Shown here piece after piece: positions 30,566-40,993 of a DNA stretch of 64,000 nt (positions within the stretch are counted from its first letter, which is position 1; the number at the start of each line of letters is the position of its first letter). The notes under the pieces are model-generated. The model was not told the origin of the DNA. It saw only the letters and a list, made by a program, of their open reading frames with translations, and made no database searches. The translations under genes were made by a program, and so were the position numbers. Origin of the DNA: an uncultured delta proteobacterium (GTDB lineage: Bacteria; Desulfobacterota; Syntrophobacteria; BM002); assembly GCA_963712115.1 (NCBI GenBank), contig CAVQGX010000031.1, positions 96,001 to 160,000 of the forward strand. Reading direction: 5' to 3'.

Positions 30566-31816
30566 ATGTCGGCCTCCCTAAATCAGTCGTCTTTTGGTCT
30601 GGCCATTCAAGATTTATATCCAGAGTATGTTTGGGACACAGAGGAATCCCATCGGGCAGAAGAGTCTGATCTTGATCAACAACTAAGTGAGCCGGAAGAA
30701 AAGCAAGATCTCAAAGAGGAATCGGATTCCTTGGATCTTGGTCAAGACGAAGAAGAAGGACTCTTTCAATCAAATCTCGTAAGTTTGTATCTTCAGGATG
30801 TCTCTCAATTTCAGCTGCTGAGTCTTGAACGAGAGATTGAGTTGGCCCGAACCATAAAGGAAGGGCAAGAAAGGCTGGTCAATCTGGTCGTGACCCACTG
30901 CGCATCCGTAGAGATCTTTGGCAATCTGCGTCGTAAAATCGTCCGCTGGCAGAGTGAGGTGGGGACTTACCCCGGGCTGCGCGAGAAAATCGTTGAACAC
31001 ATTGTTTCCACGCTTGAATGTGTTGCCGCTGTGGAGGGAGCAGCTGAAATCTGCCAGAGACTGGTTATTGAGGCTCGACAGGTGGTTGAGCAAATCGACA
31101 TTGCCAGGGATGAGATGGTTAAGGGCAACCTGCGTTTAGTGCTGAGTATTGCCAAGCGCTACCGCGGCCGGGGCCTGAGTTTTCTTGACCTTATACAAGA
31201 GGGAAACATGGGGCTGCTCAAGGCGGTTTCCCGATATGATTATACCAAGGGTAACCGTTTCAGCACTTACGCCACTTGGTGGGTACGACAATCTATTATC
31301 CGAGCAATCTACGAAAAGACCAATACTATCCGGCTGCCTGTTCACGTAATAGAGATGAAAAGCTTCTTTCATAAGGTATTCTCCGAACTTTCCGAGGAGT
31401 TAGACCGCGAACCCATGCCCGTGGAGATTGCCGAGCGCAGCGGCTTACCCTTAGAGAAAGTTACCATGCTCGCCCAACTCTCTTGCCGCCCGGCTTCTTT
31501 GGAGGCTACGGTTGGGAGCAGGGAACAGCGGTTGGGCGACTTCATCGAGGATAAGAAGAGCAATTCACCCCTTGAAGGCATTAGCCAGTCAGAACTAGTT
31601 GCTGTCACCAGAAGAGTCTTGGCCTCTCTTTCCCCCCGGGAAGAAGGTGTGCTCAAATCCCGATTTGGCATCGATGGCAAACCTGTTCAGACCCTCAAAA
31701 CTATAGGCGGAAGGCTTGGAGTGTCAAAGGAACGCATCCGGCAGATAGAGAAGCGGGCCATCCAGAAACTGCGACACACTTCGCGCTCCGCTGAACTCAA
31801 GTCCTTTATCGAATGA
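30566..31816 (+). CDS. RNA polymerase sigma70 factor, RpoD/RpoS-like, lacking a typical region 1.1
   Basis: LYLQDV..LLSLEREIELA (1.2), NLRLVLSIAKRY, DLIQEGNMGL, FSTYATWW, VSKERIRQIE. Confidence 0.9.
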   Translation: MSASLNQSSFGLAIQDLYPEYVWDTEESHRAEESDLDQQLSEPEEKQDLKEESDSLDLGQDEEEGLFQSNLVSLYLQDVSQFQLLSLEREIELARTIKEGQERLVNLVVTHCASVEIFGNLRRKIVRWQSEVGTYPGLREKIVEHIVSTLECVAAVEGAAEICQRLVIEARQVVEQIDIARDEMVKGNLRLVLSIAKRYRGRGLSFLDLIQEGNMGLLKAVSRYDYTKGNRFSTYATWWVRQSIIRAIYEKTNTIRLPVHVIEMKSFFHKVFSELSEELDREPMPVEIAERSGLPLEKVTMLAQLSCRPASLEATVGSREQRLGDFIEDKKSNSPLEGISQSELVAVTRRVLASLSPREEGVLKSRFGIDGKPVQTLKTIGGRLGVSKERIRQIEKRAIQKLRHTSRSAELKSFIE

Positions 31817-31879
31817 CTCCCCCAAATGCACCTTGCATGTTTAGCCGGTTTAGCCAGTTTTGCCGGTTTTGCCTGTCCT

Positions 31880-31953
31880 AATTCGCAATCCGCAATCCGC
31901 AATCCGCAATCCCCAATCCTCAATCCGAAATCCGAAATCCGAAATCCTCAATC
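31880..31953. repeat. Heptamer tandem repeat (AATCCGC)n, ~10 units
   Basis: AATTCGC AATCCGC x3 AATCCCC AATCCTC AATCCGA x3 AATCCTC. Confidence 0.9.
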
Positions 31954-32314
31954 TTGTTGCTCCATCGCCCCAGGGAAGTATCCTTTTAGCCATAAGAGAT
32001 AACCCAAGTCTAGACTGTCAAGCCAACAAAAAAAGTGCCCCACCCTTGCCGGCTCCGAGCAAGGATGGGGCGAATCCAGGGAGGTTTCAATAGGATAGGG
32101 TCCATTGGGGACAATTGAAACCCTACCCGTCTGATAGTATAACCTGGATACTTTGGAGAGTAAACAGGTTGCCTGTCTCATCTTTCATTTCTAATCTCAC
32201 ATCTATAGTTGCTCGCTGAAAGATAGAAATGATAAATATGAAATTATAAATGCAAATTGATCTGGCCTTTTGAACTTTGCATTATCTGACCACAAGTAAG
32301 AGGAGGAGATAACA

Positions 32315-32650
32315 TTGGGATGGACGATTGATGACGCAGTATCAAACAGAACATTGAGGGATGCAAAAATCTTTGTCAGCGAGGTGTCTTTCCGCTTGGG
32401 CGATCTTACTCCCAAAATTAGAGTGAGGTTGTTTAGATATCCTGGGGACAGGGAAGTCTATTTTGAGCAAAGTCATTTTGTCAAAATCCCTGACCAAAGG
32501 ACCTCTGACGAAGCTTTTTTGAAATCTGACAGAGATGAAGCCTATGCCTTGACTCACGCTGTGGAGGCTCTCACTCATCCCTACGAGGCTGCCCTGGCGG
32601 AGGGACTAGAACCTTCCGATTCCTGGCTGATTCTTAACAATGATTATTGA
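32315..32650 (+). CDS. Hypothetical protein
   Basis: 111 aa, TTG start with GAGGAG RBS. Confidence 0.6.
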   Translation: MGWTIDDAVSNRTLRDAKIFVSEVSFRLGDLTPKIRVRLFRYPGDREVYFEQSHFVKIPDQRTSDEAFLKSDRDEAYALTHAVEALTHPYEAALAEGLEPSDSWLILNNDY

Positions 32651-32691
32651 GCTGTTCATTGCGGGCCGGGGGGAGAGAACCTTTAAAAAAT

Positions 32692-33708
32692 ATGAAAAAA
32701 CTAAATTTCGAGAATGATCTTCGTGAGTGCACCCTTTGTGAACACAGGTGCGGTGTTGACCGCACCTCCGGCGATCTGGGGGTATGCCGAATGGCCGGGC
32801 CCTTGGTAGCATCAAGAACTCTCCATCCTGCCCCTCCTGAAAGCTACACCATCTTCGTGGCCGGCTGTAACTTTAAGTGTTTAGGTTGCCAGAACTGGAC
32901 CATATCTCAGTTTCCCGACAACAGGATGGCGGTAGACGGCTATGTTGACCCTCGGTCCCTTGCTGTGGAATCCATTAGGATGCTCGAGTCAACTGCAGGA
33001 GTGCTCATGGGAGCTGACAGGATTTTCTTCTCTGGGGGCGAACCTACTATTCATCTGCCTTTCATTGAAAATGTCATGGCAGAGGTCAGACGCATTAGGC
33101 CTGGGCTCAAGGTCAATTATGATACTAACGGCTTCATGACCGAGGAATCTCTCCGTCGAGTACTAACCTTTACCACCTCCCTGACCTTTGACATTAAGGC
33201 CTATTATGACGACACCATGAGGGCCATAACCGGGGCACCTGTAGAACCAGTATTGCGAAATGCCGAAATAGTTGGCAGAACTGCTCGAGATAAGCTGTGG
33301 GAATATCGTATAGTTGCAATACCGGGGATCAACGAGGATGACATTGAACCTCTTTGCCGTTTCCTCGCCTGCATATCTCAAGAGCTGCCCGTTGCCTTTC
33401 TCGCCTTTAGGCCCAATTTCGTGCTGGACGAACACTGTGGAGCCCCGAGGGAGCTCATGAAGAGGTGTGTCGAGCAGGCAAAAGCAGTAGGCTTGAAAAA
33501 CGTCACTTACGCTGGCATGACCAACATACCGGGAAACATGGGATCCTTACTAGAAGAGGTAGAAGAGGCCTACGAAAGGTCAGGCGCCAGATTAGCCGCT
33601 TCCTATGCTCGCTCAAAGGGTTGCACTACCCATCCCCGGGACTGTGGTGACTGCCAGTCTGTGAGCAATTGCCCGATTAAAAAATACATACCTTTGCGGA
33701 ATTGTTAG
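32692..33708 (+). CDS. Radical SAM protein (PFL-activating-enzyme-like/PflX-like)
   Basis: GCNFKCLGCQN CX3CX2C, SGGEP, DTNG; N-terminal CTLCEHRC and C-terminal 4-Cys motif. Confidence 0.85.
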   Translation: MKKLNFENDLRECTLCEHRCGVDRTSGDLGVCRMAGPLVASRTLHPAPPESYTIFVAGCNFKCLGCQNWTISQFPDNRMAVDGYVDPRSLAVESIRMLESTAGVLMGADRIFFSGGEPTIHLPFIENVMAEVRRIRPGLKVNYDTNGFMTEESLRRVLTFTTSLTFDIKAYYDDTMRAITGAPVEPVLRNAEIVGRTARDKLWEYRIVAIPGINEDDIEPLCRFLACISQELPVAFLAFRPNFVLDEHCGAPRELMKRCVEQAKAVGLKNVTYAGMTNIPGNMGSLLEEVEEAYERSGARLAASYARSKGCTTHPRDCGDCQSVSNCPIKKYIPLRNC

Positions 33709-33721
33709 TCCTCCCAACCTA

Positions 33722-34726
33722 TTATCCGTCCCTATCGAAAGCGCATTGTGCGGCTCCCAGCAGGGCCGCCCTATCATTTAGGATGACTCTAACGGGGATT
33801 TTCTCGATAACTTTCGCGAATCTGCCTTTGTTCTTATATGCTTGGATGAAAAGTGGCTCCTGTAATTTAGGCAGGATCTTGGGCGGGATCCCCCCTCCCA
33901 AATAAACACCTCCGGTGGTCATAGCTGTCAAGGCCAGGTTTCCTGCAGCAGCTCCCAGGACGGAAACAAACACATTCAAAGCCTCCACGCACAGTGGGTG
34001 TCCATCAGCCAAGCCAACTTCACTTATTGCCGCTGCCGGCTCCATTTCCTTAAACTTCCTAGCCAGCCAAACAGGTTCGCGGTAGCGGCCTGAATCCTTA
34101 AGCCACAAATAGATATTCACCAACCCGGGACCCGATATGACCCTTTCAATGCTCACATGACCGTACTTTTCACGCAGATATTGCCACAGTTCAATCTCTG
34201 CTTTGCTATTGGGTGCAAAATCAACATGTCCCCCCTCCGAAGAAATGGGGATGTACTTGCCATCCCAATGGATGAGAAATCCTGTTCCCAGGCCTGTTCC
34301 CGGGGCCATGATGGCAAGATTTTGACCTTTTCTTGCCTTTGCTTTGTTAAGGGGAAACAGTTCTTTTCTATTAAGGAGGGGTACTGCCAGGGCCGTGGCT
34401 GTCAAGTCATTAATCAAACAAACATGGGACAACTCGAGTTGCCGCTTCATTCGAGCTTCGGAAACATCCCAAGGCAGATTGGTGGTTTTGACTCTCCCAC
34501 CGATCACTGGACCTGCAATGCCGAAGCAAGCTTTGCTGACCCGTACTTGGTGTTTCGCCAGAAAACTCTTCACTATATGTTCGAGGCTGGGGGCCTGCCG
34601 ACTGGGATAAGTCTCCGCAACCTTCAAGACAGGGCGCTTTTCCCCCCTGCGAAAGAGCCCCAGGTTAGTCTTGGTTCCCCCTATGTCTCCAGCCAGTACG
34701 AGACTGCTCTCCCTAATGTAAGTCAT
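33722..34726 (-). CDS. glk: Glucokinase
   Basis: LAGDIGGTKT, GIAGPV, TNLPW, PGTGLG, SEGGH, GGVYLGGGI. Confidence 0.93.
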   Translation of the reverse strand: MTYIRESSLVLAGDIGGTKTNLGLFRRGEKRPVLKVAETYPSRQAPSLEHIVKSFLAKHQVRVSKACFGIAGPVIGGRVKTTNLPWDVSEARMKRQLELSHVCLINDLTATALAVPLLNRKELFPLNKAKARKGQNLAIMAPGTGLGTGFLIHWDGKYIPISSEGGHVDFAPNSKAEIELWQYLREKYGHVSIERVISGPGLVNIYLWLKDSGRYREPVWLARKFKEMEPAAAISEVGLADGHPLCVEALNVFVSVLGAAAGNLALTAMTTGGVYLGGGIPPKILPKLQEPLFIQAYKNKGRFAKVIEKIPVRVILNDRAALLGAAQCAFDRDG

Positions 34727-34872
34727 CTGCTCCTTCTCCTTGCACACCATGGTAGCGCCCAATGAGTACTAACCACTGCTAATCGATAAAACATTTTAGC
34801 CTCAATAAGCCTACAAAAAAAGAGAGTTCCTTGTCTACTTCTCTCCTTTCTTATAATTGATGGATGAACTCA

Positions 34873-34900
34873 GCCCGGATGATTCATCAAATATCCGGAC
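34873..34900. mobile_element. Collapsed remnant of the 180-bp MITE
   Basis: GCCCGGAT joined directly to GATTCATCAAATATCCGGAC, i.e. both ends of the 36278/62502 element. Confidence 0.6.
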
Positions 34901-35207
34901 TCGGCTATGCTTACGATGCAGAAAAATCTTTTAGGCCGGAGTTGGTAGTTCGAGGAAATTGATAATATGGCTGGGGTGGGATAATCGATGGTTAATTTTG
35001 TTAATTTGTAGATAACTAATAGAATTATTTGATATTACAATAATTTTTTTTAACAACTTAGTCGTGATCTTGATTTATCTTACGACAGTGAGAGGGCAAA
35101 CTATTAGTATATCTTATAAAATGCAGAGTTTTTGAATTTTTGTTTTGACACTTAAAAAATTTTACGCTACAGTCACTTTATTAAATTGGGGAAAGTGTAA
35201 ACTTATT

Positions 35208-35681
35208 CTATATGTTGGCACATTTTTTCACACTATCATCTTTGACAAACACAATAGCCAGTTCTTGTTTTTCTTTAGCAACTCTCTTAATTTTACCTGA
35301 TACATTGACGATATTAATTTCCTCTCTGTCTGAAATTAATTTATTATAATACAATTTCAAATTAACCATTTCCTCTTTATTAAAATGTGTCCAATTGTCT
35401 AATTTAATAAGAGCGCCTTTTACACTTACATCGACAACAGTTCCTTCGATATTGCGTTTTGGTTTCTTGTTACTAACCACAACCCTGAAGGGTCTTGCTA
35501 TTCGGCGGTATTTTCGTTTCTCTTTGTGATAAATTTTGCACTTATCACAGGTGTCAATAGCGGCCTTGAGTTCTGAGGCCTGGATTAACTGAGGAATCAG
35601 GTAAGCTTTGTCGATGATTAACTGATCAGGGCAGCGCCGAGTACAATAATAATGACACTTTTCCCAGGTTGGCTCTTTCAT
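35208..35681 (-). CDS. PilZ-domain protein with Cys-rich N-terminus
   Basis: EKRKYRR (RxxxR) and DVSVKG (DxSxxG); CHYYCTRRC...CDKC; GGAGG RBS. Confidence 0.82.
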   Translation of the reverse strand: MKEPTWEKCHYYCTRRCPDQLIIDKAYLIPQLIQASELKAAIDTCDKCKIYHKEKRKYRRIARPFRVVVSNKKPKRNIEGTVVDVSVKGALIKLDNWTHFNKEEMVNLKLYYNKLISDREEINIVNVSGKIKRVAKEKQELAIVFVKDDSVKKCANI

Positions 35682-35954
35682 GGGCCACCTCCGCTGGGAG
35701 AGTCTAAGTTGGGTGGTCAAATTAAGAATAAAATCTTAAACTTGGAGACAAACCTGGATCACAAATATTGAGAATGCGCGACAAAACCTATTAAAGATGT
35801 ATTAAATTACGTTTTGCCCCGATTGTAAATACGAAAAATTCGTAGATTGTTTATTTTTTGTCGATTTTTTGTTAGTTTCTTGTAAAAAACTTCAAAGCGC
35901 GCATATAATTAATTTGCTTTACCACGAAGTTTCATAACTTTCGAAGAGCACAGC

Positions 35955-36278
35955 ATGGATTCATTTGAAAGAAGGAAGTATACGAGAACACTAAATAATT
36001 TCAAGATCAAGATAAAGCTTGCTCGTACATCCAAAGAAGTGGACGGAGTCACTGAGAACTTATCCCAAGGGGGAGCCTTTGTTATGAGCCGATCCTGGCC
36101 CGTCCTTCAAAAGGATGAACAGGCGGAGATGCGTCTTTTTCTACCTCCTGAGTTCACCGGACAAAACCACACTCTGACCCTCACCGGCCCGGCAGTGATC
36201 AGGAGGATTGACAAGCATAAGCAAGGCGTGGCCGTCGAGTTTTTGAAAGAGTTAAAAACCTTCAAACCCTCCCTATAG
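35955..36278 (+). CDS. Stand-alone PilZ-domain protein
   Basis: ERRKYTR, NLSQGG, GVAVEF. Confidence 0.88.
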   Translation: MDSFERRKYTRTLNNFKIKIKLARTSKEVDGVTENLSQGGAFVMSRSWPVLQKDEQAEMRLFLPPEFTGQNHTLTLTGPAVIRRIDKHKQGVAVEFLKELKTFKPSL

Positions 36279-36457
36279 CCCGGATATTTCATGAATCACC
36301 TGCTGCGATCACGGATATGGCCGTCCTCCCTGGCGTCCTCGAGTGTCGACCCCTGCGACGTACCGTTCAGGTACGCCTCGGAACCAACACTCTGCGGTTG
36401 CCAGGTGGCACGCCCATCTTCGCGGTCTCGCGACAGCAATTCATGAAATATCCGGGC
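36278..36457. mobile_element. MITE, 180 bp, TA-flanked (copy 1)
   Basis: Perfect 19-bp TIR GCCCGGATATTTCATGAAT, TA both sides; 170/180 identical to inverted copy at 62502. Confidence 0.92.
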
Positions 36458-36538
36458 TAGCCCCTACATCAATAAACTTTCTCCGCTGTGACAGCCCACC
36501 AAATCTATTCAGTTGAAATCTATCGCATTGTTACCTCT

Positions 36539-36554
36539 TGGCATCACTATTGCT
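36539..36554 (+). promoter_or_regulatory. Putative sigma54 promoter
   Basis: TGGCAT-CACTA-TTGCT upstream of secreted beta-propeller gene. Confidence 0.6.
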
Positions 36555-36717
36555 AATGAAAATTGATTACATGGGCGAGGTATAAACCAGGTGAAGAGTG
36601 AAGACAAATCAGCTCAACTCGCTCTCTGTGGTTTGGTGCACTGTTTAGACTTGTAAATGTTTTCGCTTGGCCCTGAGTAAGACCTCCTCATGGTGTGAAG
36701 AATGAAGGAGAAAACCA

Positions 36718-38100
36718 GTGGGTATGAGGCGCAAAGCTCTGCTTTTACTCAGCCTTGGACTCCTTTTTCTGCGTCAGGCGGGGGGAATCTGTTGGTCCCA
36801 GACCACTGAGCGCGTGAGTGTGGACACGGCCGGCGTCGAAGGAGACGGTCCTAGCTTTGCCCCCTCCATCACTGCCGATGGCAGATACGTAGCCTTCCAG
36901 TCTGAAGCCACCGACCTGGTGCCAGTTGGTAGCAATGGTTTAATCCAAATTTTCGTCCACGACCGGCAGACAAAACGGGCAACCACTGCACCCAGGAATC
37001 TAGAGTAGTAAACTCAGGCGGCGAACGAAGGAGACATCCGTAGCAATTCCCCCTCCATCTCTGGAGATGGCTGTTACGTGGCCTTCGAGTCCTGGGCCAC
37101 CAACCTGGTGGATATCTGGTGATGGTATATTTCCTGACATCTTTGTCCACAATCGCAGACCGGAACCACCATCAGGGTGAGTGTGGACTCGGCGGGCTAT
37201 CGAAGGAAGCGGCCACTAGCTCTTCCCCCTCCATCTCTGCCGATGGCAGATACGTGACCTTCGAGTCTGATGCCGACCTGGTGGCTACTGATAGCGGTGA
37301 TTACTATGACATCTTTGTCCACGACCGCGATGCAGATGAAAACGGGACATACGACGAACCCGCACCCGTTGGAATCTCTACTATACGCGTAAGTGTGGCC
37401 GCAGGGGGCAACGAAGCAAACGGCGAATAGCTATTCCCCCTCCATTTCTGGAGATGGCAGATACGTGGCCTTCGAGTCTGACTCCACCGACCTACTGGCA
37501 GGTGGCACCAACGGCAACGCTCACGTCTTTGTCCGCGACCTCCAGACAGGAATCACTACAATAGTGAGTGTCGACTCAGGCGGCACCGAAGGAAACGGCG
37601 ACAGTTCGGCCCCCTCAATTTCTTCTTTGGATGGCAAATTCGTGGCCTTTGAGTCCATCGCCAGCAACCTTGTGGCTGTTGATACCAATGGATTTTCTGA
37701 CATCTTCGTATACGAACGCGAGTCCCTGCCACCCAATGTCGACTCGACCAGTCCAGCCGATAGTGCCAATGGTGTGGCCGTAGGGTCTTCTATCACCGCC
37801 ACCTTCTCTGAACCAATGAATGGATCAACCATCGATACCAATACATTCACCCTGGACAACGGTGTCACCGGTACAGTCAGCTATGATGCGAACAGCATCA
37901 CAGCTAGGTTCACTCCCACGAGCAACCTCGATTACGATACCACTTATATCGCCACCATCACCAACGCCGCCGAGGACTTAGCCGGCAATCCCATGCTGGC
38001 TGACCATACCTGGTCCTTTACTACTAAGTCTGAACAAAAAAATAGTGGCGGAAGCGGTCCGTGCTTCATCGCCACCGCCGCGAGTGACCGGAGCTCTTAG
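36718..38100 (+). pseudogene. Secreted TolB/WD40-like beta-propeller + Ig-like (Big_5) protein with CFIATAA C-terminus, multiple frameshifts
   Basis: Repeats PSISADGRYVAFES...DIFVHD spread across frames; ITATFSEPM Ig domain; GGSGPCFIATAA. Confidence 0.8.
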
Positions 38101-38301
38101 TTTATCACCCACCCAAACAGCTCCAAGATTGTGCTTTTGCTTGACACCAAGCGCTTCCCTCGCCTAATCTAAAAACAGTTCGAACTCCCCGTTCCAAGAG
38201 CATTCTCAAGCGATCACATCTGAACCTCAAGTACTCGTGCCAGGCTCAATCCCACCTCATTCCATAGCTTACCTTCTCTATCCCTTAAAGGAGGTATTGG
38301 C

Positions 38302-40196
38302 ATGGCTACAGAAGAATTTAAACGCAAGCTCACCGCTATCCTCAGCGCAGATGTCAAGGGCTACAGCCGCCTCATGGGCGAAGATGAGGAAGCCACGGTC
38401 CGCACCATAACCGCCCACCGGAAGGTGATAACCTCGGTGGTCGAGAAGTACCGGGGCCGGGTGGTGGACTCGCCAGGAGACAACATACTGGCTGAGTTTG
38501 TCAGTGTGGTGGATGCAGTGCAGAGTGCGGTGGAGATTCAGGAGGTGATCCGAGCTAAGAATGCTGAACTGCCTGAAGACCGCAGGATGGAGTTTCGCAT
38601 CGGCATCAACCTCGGTGATGTGATCCAGGAGGGTGAGCGCATCTATGGTGATGGGGTCAACATCGCTGCCCGGGTGGAGGGTCTGGCCGATCCGGGAGGC
38701 ATCTGCATCTCAGGGAGCGCCTACGAGCAGATCGAGAACAAGCTGGCCTTAGGCTATGATTACATAGGCGAACACACCGTAAAAAACATCGTCAAACCCA
38801 TACGGGTATACAGGGTGCCAACAGGGCCAGAAAAACTCCAAAAGGTTACTGAAGAGAAAAAGCCCGCCCCGAATTGGCAACGAGCGTCTCTCGCAGTGGT
38901 GATTGCACTCGTTGTGGTGGCAGGCGGCGTAGCGATTTGGAAATCTTACCGACCTTCTACTCCGCCAAGGGAGGTTGCCTCCGTGGAGAAGATGGGATTT
39001 CCTTTGCCTGACAAGCCTTCCATTGCGGTACTGCCTTTTAGTAACCTGAGCGGCGACCCATCTCAAGACTATCTGAGCGACGGGACCACCGAGAACATCA
39101 TCACGGCGCTTTCCAAGATCTCAAACCTGTTTGTCATTGCCCGGAACTCGTGCTTTCACCTACAAGGGCAAGACGGTGAAGATACAGCAGGTAGCCGAGG
39201 ATCTCGGGGTGCGCTATGTGCTGGAGGGCAGCGTTCAGAAGGCTGGCGAGCGCGTGCGGATCAACGCACAGCTGGTCGACGGTCTCACGGGGCGTCACCT
39301 TTGGGCCGAGCGCTACGACCGCCAGATTAGCGACATCTTCGCCCTGCAGGATGACATTACCAACCAGGTGGTTACGGCTCTCGAGGTTAAGCTCACCGAA
39401 GGTGAAGCAGCCCGCATATCACGAAGGCAGACAGATAACAACGAAGCGTATGAACTTTTCCGGCAGGGCCTGGAGATTTTCCGGCGCTATACCAAGACTG
39501 ATAACGATCAGGCACGGCGGCTCTTTGAGAAAGCCGTTGCCTTAGACCCCGGTTTTGCAGACGCGTGGTGTTTTCTAGGGCTATACTTACCAGATAGATT
39601 GGTACTTTGGCTGGAGCGAGAATGCGGCGCAATCTCTTGAGCGGGCTACTGAACTGGCGCAGAAAGCCATAACCCTCGACGACTCCTCTCCCTACCCTTA
39701 TATGCTCTTGGAGATCATTAGCCTTTTGAGGCGGGAGTATGACAAGGCGATCGCCTACGGTGAGAAAGCAGTCGCCCTCGAGCCCAACCACGCCGAAGCC
39801 ACGTTGGAGTTGGCTCGCACGCTGACATACGCCGGGAGACCTGAGGAAACCATCGAACTGACCAAAAAGGCGATGCGTCTTAGCCCCTATTACCCCGACT
39901 GGTACTTGGGCGTTTTGGGCACTGCTTATCGTTTGGCGGGGAACTACGACGAAGCGATTGCCGCCTATGATAAGCGGCGCGAGCGCAACCCCCATTCGAC
40001 CATGCCCTATCTTGGACTGGCTCTAGTATACACGGAGGTGGGTCGAGACGAAGAAGCCCGAGCTGCGTCTGCTGAGGTACTCAAGAGAAACCCCAAGATC
40101 TCTTTGAAACAGTTGACGAATAGACTTCCCTATAAAGACCCAGCCGAGGTCGATCGGATTATTGCTGCGCTCCGCAAGGCGGGCCTGCCCGATTAG
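38302..40196 (+). pseudogene. Class III adenylate/guanylate cyclase - TM - TolB-like - TPR protein, two frameshifts (~39151, ~39579; possibly sequencing errors)
   Basis: RKLTAILSADVKGYSRLM, GDGVNIAAR, PSIAVLPFSNLS, TPRs; single-base removals restore NSAFTYKG and WCFLGYTYQ. Confidence 0.88.
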
Positions 40197-40249
40197 ATAA
40201 GAAAACTTGCAACGAATCCTGCCTCTATAAGGATAAGGAGGGAAAAGCC

Positions 40250-40807
40250 ATGATTATGTTGCCGACCGTCAAAGCGCGCCAGCGTGTTACGGGCCTTTTC
40301 TCGGCCATGTTCTTGGTTGCCTTTCTCATGTTACCTTTGGCATGTGCATCATTCGGCCAGAAGAGAAAACTCAATGAAGTCAAGGCAAAAGTTGAAGCGA
40401 CTTGGATTTTGGAGGAGTGGTATATGAAAGGGGAAGCTGTGAGCCCTCCGAAGGTGGAAGGTCGCTTCATTATCCATGACAATGCTTTCGTGTTGATCCT
40501 GCTCAATCGGGCAGGTGAGTTGCCTTGGTCGTACTATGGCTATGGGAAGTATACATTAGACGGTTCTACCTTCTCGATGAAATTTGACGAAGTCGAATTC
40601 TTCAAAGAGTCGACTTCTGGGATTACTGTTTCTCGCAAGCTTTTGTGGGACGGAAAGATGAAGTATTTTACAATTCGTACAGATAACAGCAAGTTGCACA
40701 TGCGGTGTGACGATATTGATTTTGACCTAATCGTTGATGGGGATACCCTCACACTCAAGCAAGCTGGCAAAGTAACCAGAACCTATCGGCGGGCGGGGGC
40801 CATGTGA
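40250..40807 (+). CDS. Hypothetical exported protein, possibly lipocalin-like beta barrel
   Basis: Hydrophobic leader with LAC, EATWILEEW, YYGYGKYTLDG; AGGAGG RBS. Confidence 0.65.
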   Translation: MIMLPTVKARQRVTGLFSAMFLVAFLMLPLACASFGQKRKLNEVKAKVEATWILEEWYMKGEAVSPPKVEGRFIIHDNAFVLILLNRAGELPWSYYGYGKYTLDGSTFSMKFDEVEFFKESTSGITVSRKLLWDGKMKYFTIRTDNSKLHMRCDDIDFDLIVDGDTLTLKQAGKVTRTYRRAGAM

Positions 40808-40921
40808 AGGCATCCTCATCAAGGAGCCAATAGAGTTGTCTAATAGGGGCTGCACGCGGCCTGGAATTTCTCTTTGGAGTTGCAGCTACCAAATATAGTC
40901 CTTACTCGGCAGCAAATGTGA

Positions 40922-40953
40922 AAGCCCCTGTCAGCTCGCAGTGACAGGGGCTT
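40922..40953. terminator. Bidirectional hairpin between convergent genes
   Basis: AAGCCCCTGTCA-GCTCGCAG-TGACAGGGGCTT. Confidence 0.75.
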
Positions 40954-40993
40954 GTTTTATCTCAACTATGGGGCCACTTTGAATGTAGATTTT

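Noticed and set aside
30250-32181. Small ORFs 30250-30513, 31687-31923, 31860-32093 and 31948-32181
   Set aside because: Mostly translations of heptamer repeats (IRNPQS, LKSQI) or hairpin-rich intergenic DNA; no coding evidence.
35780-35810. ATTAAAGATGTATT as a seventh copy of the 101-bp element arm
   Set aside because: Only a partial match, with no partner arm or central box at the expected distance.
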